From: Candidatus Kapaibacterium sp.
GTDB lineage: Bacteria; Bacteroidota; Ignavibacteria; Kapaibacteriales; UBA2268
Direction: 5' to 3'
Length of the DNA: 64,000 nucleotides
Assembly (NCBI GenBank): GCA_965140345.1
Contig: OZ223197.1
Location: 1,070,726 to 1,134,725 of the forward strand
A program made the translations under genes and the position numbers. The notes under the pieces are model-generated. The model was not told the DNA's origin, did no database searches, and saw nothing but the letters and a program-made list of their open reading frames with translations. Shown in pieces: positions 59,523 through 64,000 of the stretch (position 1 is its first letter; every line of letters starts with the position of its first letter).

Positions 59523-62500
59523 TTTTCACCTGAACTGAGTTTGATACGCTCTAATAACAATGGGAATTTGGCTATTTCTTCCGGAATTTGTTCGAAATCA
59601 AAATCTTCAAGACACTCATTAAGATATTTACAATAGTTGACTAATTCGGAGCATTCATATTGCTTTGCGACATCCTGCAATACATTAGACCAGTTCTTTA
59701 TATCGCTTAGCTTATTATTTTTACGAATTACATTCCAGATAGTTTTAGCTTCTTCAAGTTTCTCGATGAAAGACTTAGCATCTTTGATTTTATTAAACTC
59801 AATCTTTCTTCCGTCTGATTGTGTTAACGATTTCTTATCTATAGACTTTAGATTCAAATTTGTAATAATGGATTGAATTATTTCATGTTGCTCTAGAGGC
59901 TTCGTGATAAAATCATCAAAACCATATCCTCTAAATTCGGACGACGAATAGCTAACTGAAGCAGTAATAGCAATAATAGTTAAATCCGGGTACATATCTC
60001 TTAATTTTTTTGTAGTCTCTACACCTGTCATTTTTGGCATTTGAATATCCATAAAAACAATATCCGGTCTATCAAATTTACAAATTTCCAAAGCATCATC
60101 ACCTGATTTAGCTTCGTAGATTTTGCAATTTTTTTGATTTAAAAACTCCACGATAAGCTTTCTATTTAAAAGGATATCATCAACTACAAGTACTTTTATT
60201 ACATCTTCAAATTGTTTGATGCTTTGTTGTTTAAACGGTCTGGTTTGAGAATTCCCATCTGTATATCTAACATTTTTTAACCTTAGGCAAAATTCGGATC
60301 CTACACCAACTTCTGATTTAAGACTGATATTACCATCCATCAAATGAGCCAGTTTATTACTAATAGCTAAACCAAGACCTGTCCCCTTAACCTGATTTTG
60401 AATATGTTCCGGTTTTTGATAAAAAATATCAAAAATTGTTTTTTGTAATTCTTCTTCTATACCTATACCGGAATCAGAAACTGTTATAAGTAAATCAGCA
60501 ACATCATCTTTAATTTTATCGACTGCGAATGCCACTTTAATATAGCCTTCTTTGGTAAATTTAATAGCATTGCCCAGTAGATTGAAAAGTATCTGGCGAA
60601 CTCTGATTTCATCAATATAAACTGAATGAGGTAAACCATCTTCAAAATCTACTTTCAAGTCTAAATTCTTGTTTTTAGCTTCTAAACCAAAAATGTTATT
60701 TATCTCTTTAGATAATTTAAAAAATGGCACTAGCTGTACGTTGATAAGCATTTTGCCTGCTTCAATCTTTGATAAATCCAATAAATCGTTTAAAAGGATC
60801 ATCAGGTTATTTCCACTACTCTCTACTGCATCAAGAAATGATTTATGTTTTACTTCAGAAATCTGATTTTTAAGAATTTGAGTAAAACCTAAAATTGAAT
60901 TCATCGGTGTCCGAATTTCATGACTAATATTTGTCAAAAACTCATTTTTAGCTTTTATAGCAGACTCTGCTATATTTTTTTGAAGTTCTAATTCTTTGAC
61001 TGTGCTTTGTAATGTTTTAGTTTTCGAATCCAATTTTCGATTTATAGTTTTTAAATCTTTATTATTTTCTATAAGCTTATTCTGAATGTATTGGATAGTA
61101 GTATAATCATTAAATGCCCAAATGCTGCCAAACACTTTATTGTAAGAATATTGAGGACTAATAGCAAAATCGTAAAACTTATTATTTCTTAGTTTAAATA
61201 GCTTTGTATGCAATTCTTCCGGATGTTTAGTAGATTCCTCTACAAAATCTCTAAACTCTTTTCCTTTTTCAAATTGATTTTGTAAAATATTAATGAGCTC
61301 TGATTTTCTGATATTTTCAATATCGTGTTTATCTATTTCAAATAAATCAGTAAAACGATGATTAAAAATACTAACTCTGTCAGTAACATCAAATGCTACA
61401 ATACCCTCTGAAATGGAGTTAAATACAGTTTCCAATAGTGCATTGTTAGATTCCAGAATATGTTCTGTCTTTTTTAAATGAGTAATATCTTCTTTTATAG
61501 CTATATAACTGTTTATTTTTCCGTTAAAGTCTTTAACAGGTGCAATAGATGCAAATTCCCAATAAATCTGTCCGTTTTTCTTTTTATTGCAAAACTGTCC
61601 GTGCCAAACCTTTCCCCGCCTGATCGTTTTCCATAACAGCTCATATTCATCATCCGGAGTATATCCTGATTTCAGGAAACTGGACGTTTTTCCAACTATT
61701 TCAGAAAGTGTATACCCGGAAATTTTTTCAAAATAAGGATTAACATATTGTAGTTTACCTCTTTCATCAGTAATCATTATCGAAACAGGCGTCTGTTCAA
61801 ACACTTGAGTCAATAATAATAAGTCGTTTTCTGATTTTTTAAGAGTTGTAACTTCAGTACTTAATACGATATAAGAGTAAGGTATATCAGGGTCGTTAGG
61901 AACAGGCATAATGGTTTTGCTTAGCCAAATATCTTCTTTATTCCTAGAATAAATTCGATTTAGACCTTTCCAAACTGTACCTGATGTAACTGTATTTATC
62001 AAATCCCTGTGATACTCATTAGAATGATATCCGGCATCATTAAAATTATAAGATTTACCAATAAGCTCACCAATAGAATAGCCTAATCTATCGCAGTACA
62101 ATTGATTAGCATATTTAATTTTCAAATCTTCATCGTAATATTCTATAAAGAAAGTACTATCTACAGCAAAATGCTGAAATTCTAAATCTTTTACAGTGCT
62201 CAGTAATGTTTTTTCTTCATTACTCTGATCATAATCCAAAAATACTAATAATACCAGAAGTCTGTTTTTGTCTTCAATAAATTTGTATTTAAATTTTATC
62301 TGCAGAAAATCACAAATTTCTTCAATTTCATCTCCATTTTGCAGTACGATATCATTTGAGTTTAGTGGGCATTTATCACAAAAGCGTAAAAAATTTCTAT
62401 CCGGACTACAATGTAGGGTATCTTGTTTCCCTATGTTTAATTTTTCGTATAATTCATTTTTTAGAATAACTTTTTTAGATTCATAATCAATCAAAGCAGC

Positions 62501-62791
62501 CGGTAAAGGTGTATTAGTAATAGCAGTGTTAAAGTGATTTAAAGTATAATTTTCAAGTATTTTCTTACTTATTGTGCTGATAATGTCAAGATCATTCTGA
62601 GTAAAAGAATCTGAAGATAGGAAATACTTCTTTTTACCAAACTCTATAGCTTCTCCTTTGTCTGAATCGAATGAAACTTCAATCTCATATTCCTCGAACA
62701 AAGTAAATAGACTGTTGTGAAAAATAAAAATATTTTCCGACTCTTTTTCCAAGTCATATATTGCATTTATAATATTAAGTATTTCTTCCAT
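59519..62791 (-). CDS. large hybrid sensor histidine kinase with multiple PAS domains, HisKA, HATPase_c, a receiver and a C-terminal HPt-like domain
   Basis: 1090 aa. PAS-like repeats around aa 330-560, H-box ISHEIRTPMN, G-box GTGLGLAIS, REC VLVVDD..DIQMPKMTG. 4-nt overlap with the downstream REC-histidine kinase gene. Confidence 0.8.
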   Translation of the reverse strand: MEEILNIINAIYDLEKESENIFIFHNSLFTLFEEYEIEVSFDSDKGEAIEFGKKKYFLSSDSFTQNDLDIISTISKKILENYTLNHFNTAITNTPLPAALIDYESKKVILKNELYEKLNIGKQDTLHCSPDRNFLRFCDKCPLNSNDIVLQNGDEIEEICDFLQIKFKYKFIEDKNRLLVLLVFLDYDQSNEEKTLLSTVKDLEFQHFAVDSTFFIEYYDEDLKIKYANQLYCDRLGYSIGELIGKSYNFNDAGYHSNEYHRDLINTVTSGTVWKGLNRIYSRNKEDIWLSKTIMPVPNDPDIPYSYIVLSTEVTTLKKSENDLLLLTQVFEQTPVSIMITDERGKLQYVNPYFEKISGYTLSEIVGKTSSFLKSGYTPDDEYELLWKTIRRGKVWHGQFCNKKKNGQIYWEFASIAPVKDFNGKINSYIAIKEDITHLKKTEHILESNNALLETVFNSISEGIVAFDVTDRVSIFNHRFTDLFEIDKHDIENIRKSELINILQNQFEKGKEFRDFVEESTKHPEELHTKLFKLRNNKFYDFAISPQYSYNKVFGSIWAFNDYTTIQYIQNKLIENNKDLKTINRKLDSKTKTLQSTVKELELQKNIAESAIKAKNEFLTNISHEIRTPMNSILGFTQILKNQISEVKHKSFLDAVESSGNNLMILLNDLLDLSKIEAGKMLINVQLVPFFKLSKEINNIFGLEAKNKNLDLKVDFEDGLPHSVYIDEIRVRQILFNLLGNAIKFTKEGYIKVAFAVDKIKDDVADLLITVSDSGIGIEEELQKTIFDIFYQKPEHIQNQVKGTGLGLAISNKLAHLMDGNISLKSEVGVGSEFCLRLKNVRYTDGNSQTRPFKQQSIKQFEDVIKVLVVDDILLNRKLIVEFLNQKNCKIYEAKSGDDALEICKFDRPDIVFMDIQMPKMTGVETTKKLRDMYPDLTIIAITASVSYSSSEFRGYGFDDFITKPLEQHEIIQSIITNLNLKSIDKKSLTQSDGRKIEFNKIKDAKSFIEKLEEAKTIWNVIRKNNKLSDIKNWSNVLQDVAKQYECSELVNYCKYLNECLEDFDFEQIPEEIAKFPLLLERIKLSSGEK

Positions 62792-62863
62792 TCCAACAGA
62801 ATTAATTTTGACATATAAATATTATCACTATTATTACACCAAAATATTTTATTTTATTAAGAA

Positions 62864-63181
62864 TTACTTTGAAAAAATCTTTAGTCCAATTATTCCAGAA
62901 ACAATTAACAGTATACATATTATCCTTGCGATATCCTTTGATTCATCAAATAATATCATTCCTAATACAGCAGTACCTACTGCCCCTATTCCGGTCCAAA
63001 CTGCATAGCCTGTTCCTATTGGGATCTCTTTTAATGCTACAGAAAGCAAGTAAACACTAATAGCCATACTAACGGCAGTAAGAATAGAAGGAACCAATTT
63101 TGTAAAACCTTCGGTATACTTTATGCCTATAGCCCAACCTGTTTCAAATAATCCTGCAATTACCAATATAATCCAATGCAT
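62864..63181 (-). CDS. sugE: SMR-family efflux protein (SugE/Gdx-like)
   Basis: 105 aa with four TM helices and the conserved Glu in TM1 ([13 protein letters not shown]); typical SugE/Gdx sequence. Confidence 0.85.
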   Translation of the reverse strand: MHWIILVIAGLFETGWAIGIKYTEGFTKLVPSILTAVSMAISVYLLSVALKEIPIGTGYAVWTGIGAVGTAVLGMILFDESKDIARIICILLIVSGIIGLKIFSK

Positions 63182-63199
63182 TTAACCAAATCTCCTAAA

Positions 63200-63233
63200 T
63201 AAAAAAGGTGTGCTCCCGTAAGGAAACACACCT
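63200..63233 (-). terminator. rho-independent terminator of the M3 peptidase gene, only 18 nt upstream of the sugE start
   Basis: Read on the minus strand: ggtgtg-tttccttacgggag-cacacc followed by a U6 run. Confidence 0.5.
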
Positions 63234-63253
63234 CAAATCTAAGCATTTATAGC

Positions 63254-64000
63254 TTATAATAAGCCACGTTTTTTCAGTAAAGGTTCAACTTGTGGTTCGC
63301 GACCACGGAATGCTTTAAACATTTCCATAGCGTCTTCGGTTCCACCTTTTTCTAAGATATTTTTTCTAAATGATGTTGCAGTTGCTTGATCAAATAAGCT
63401 TGTTTCTTTAAAAGCTGCAAACACATCTGAATCAAGAACACCACACCAGATATATCCGTAGTAGCCTGCAGAATATCCAATTGGATCGCTGAAAATGTGA
63501 CGGAAATAAGTTGATCTGTAACGAACAACGATTTCATCAATCATATTATGTTTAGCTAAAGATTCTTTTTCGAATGCATTACATTCAACTTCTTTAGGTT
63601 CAGTCCAAGTGTGCCAATCCATGTCTAAAAGAGCAGCTGACATGTATTCTGTAGTTACAAATCCCATATTGAATTTGCCTGCATCCTGGATTTTTTTGAT
63701 TAATTCATCAGGGATTACTTCACCTGTTTCATAATGTTTAGCGTACAGTTTCAACATTTCAGGCTCGCCGCACCAGTTTTCCATCACCTGAGAAGGAAGT
63801 TCAACGAAGTCACGAGATACAGCAGTACCAGTCACTGAAGGATAGTTAGCTTTAGTAAGCAATCCGTGCAATGCATGACCAAATTCGTGGAATAAAGTAG
63901 TTACTTCTTCAAAAGTTAGCAATGAAGGTTTGTCACCTGCAGGTTTAGTAAAGTTACAAACATTACAAACGATTGGAGTTTTAAGGTTACCGTCTAAGTT
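63254..64000 (-). CDS. M3-family zinc metallopeptidase (oligopeptidase A / Dcp-like), N-terminus beyond the window
   Basis: HEFGHALHG zinc-binding HEXXH. The frame stays open to the window edge. Confidence 0.8.
   Translation of the reverse strand, partial: NLDGNLKTPIVCNVCNFTKPAGDKPSLLTFEEVTTLFHEFGHALHGLLTKANYPSVTGTAVSRDFVELPSQVMENWCGEPEMLKLYAKHYETGEVIPDELIKKIQDAGKFNMGFVTTEYMSAALLDMDWHTWTEPKEVECNAFEKESLAKHNMIDEIVVRYRSTYFRHIFSDPIGYSAGYYGYIWCGVLDSDVFAAFKETSLFDQATATSFRKNILEKGGTEDAMEMFKAFRGREPQVEPLLKKRGLL

Noticed and set aside
63182-63253. Guanidine-I/II/III riboswitch upstream of sugE
   Set aside because: There is a single hairpin with an ACGG-containing loop but no paired GC-rich ACGR hairpins and no ykkC-like conserved core. 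The hairpin plus U-run reads as the terminator of the upstream peptidase gene. Kept only as a low-interest finding.
1-64000. CRISPR arrays, mobile elements or prophage, and defence islands
   Set aside because: No regularly spaced direct repeats, no transposase, integrase or recombinase, no restriction-modification, Cas, or defence-type ATPase or nuclease genes were recognised. The only exact repeat is the duplicated tRNA.

Overview
This 64-kb window comes from an AT-rich (roughly one-third GC) Gram-negative bacterium of the Fibrobacteres-Chlorobi-Bacteroidetes (FCB) group, possibly an Ignavibacteria-like lineage. The evidence is a clear type IX secretion (T9SS) C-terminal sorting domain on a BNR-repeat exoprotein, an OlsF-like bifunctional acyltransferase, and a recurrent Bacteroidetes-style TAnnTTTG motif upstream of many start codons. 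Most genes are dense housekeeping functions: a Na+-translocating methylmalonyl-CoA/oxaloacetate decarboxylase operon, greA, ribBA, yajC, tgt, nnr, recG, uvrA, etfBA, gpmI, a GH57 branching enzyme, glf plus a flippase, and two identical tRNA-Met(CAU) genes. No transposase, integrase, CRISPR array or recognisable defence genes were seen. The accessory or unusual content is listed below.
1. A tandem array of four paralogous small outer-membrane beta-barrel-like genes in an A-B-A-B arrangement, with Tyr/acidic-rich variable inserts and a (TAT)6 repeat.
2. A variant System I cytochrome c maturation set: N-terminally extended CcmC, an unannotated CcmD-like 44-aa ORF, CxxxY-type CcmE, CcmF and a TlpA/CcmG-like thioredoxin. 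CcmF appears interrupted by a +1 frameshift at a T5 homopolymer.
3. A partner-switching module (polytopic membrane PP2C phosphatase, STAS antagonist, RsbW-like kinase) plus other PP2C/anti-sigma kinase genes.
4. A GC-rich, highly self-complementary intergenic element of about 180 nt that is a candidate structured ncRNA.
5. A signalling island with two paralogous receiver-histidine kinase fusions and a large multi-PAS hybrid kinase.
6. Several rho-independent terminators.
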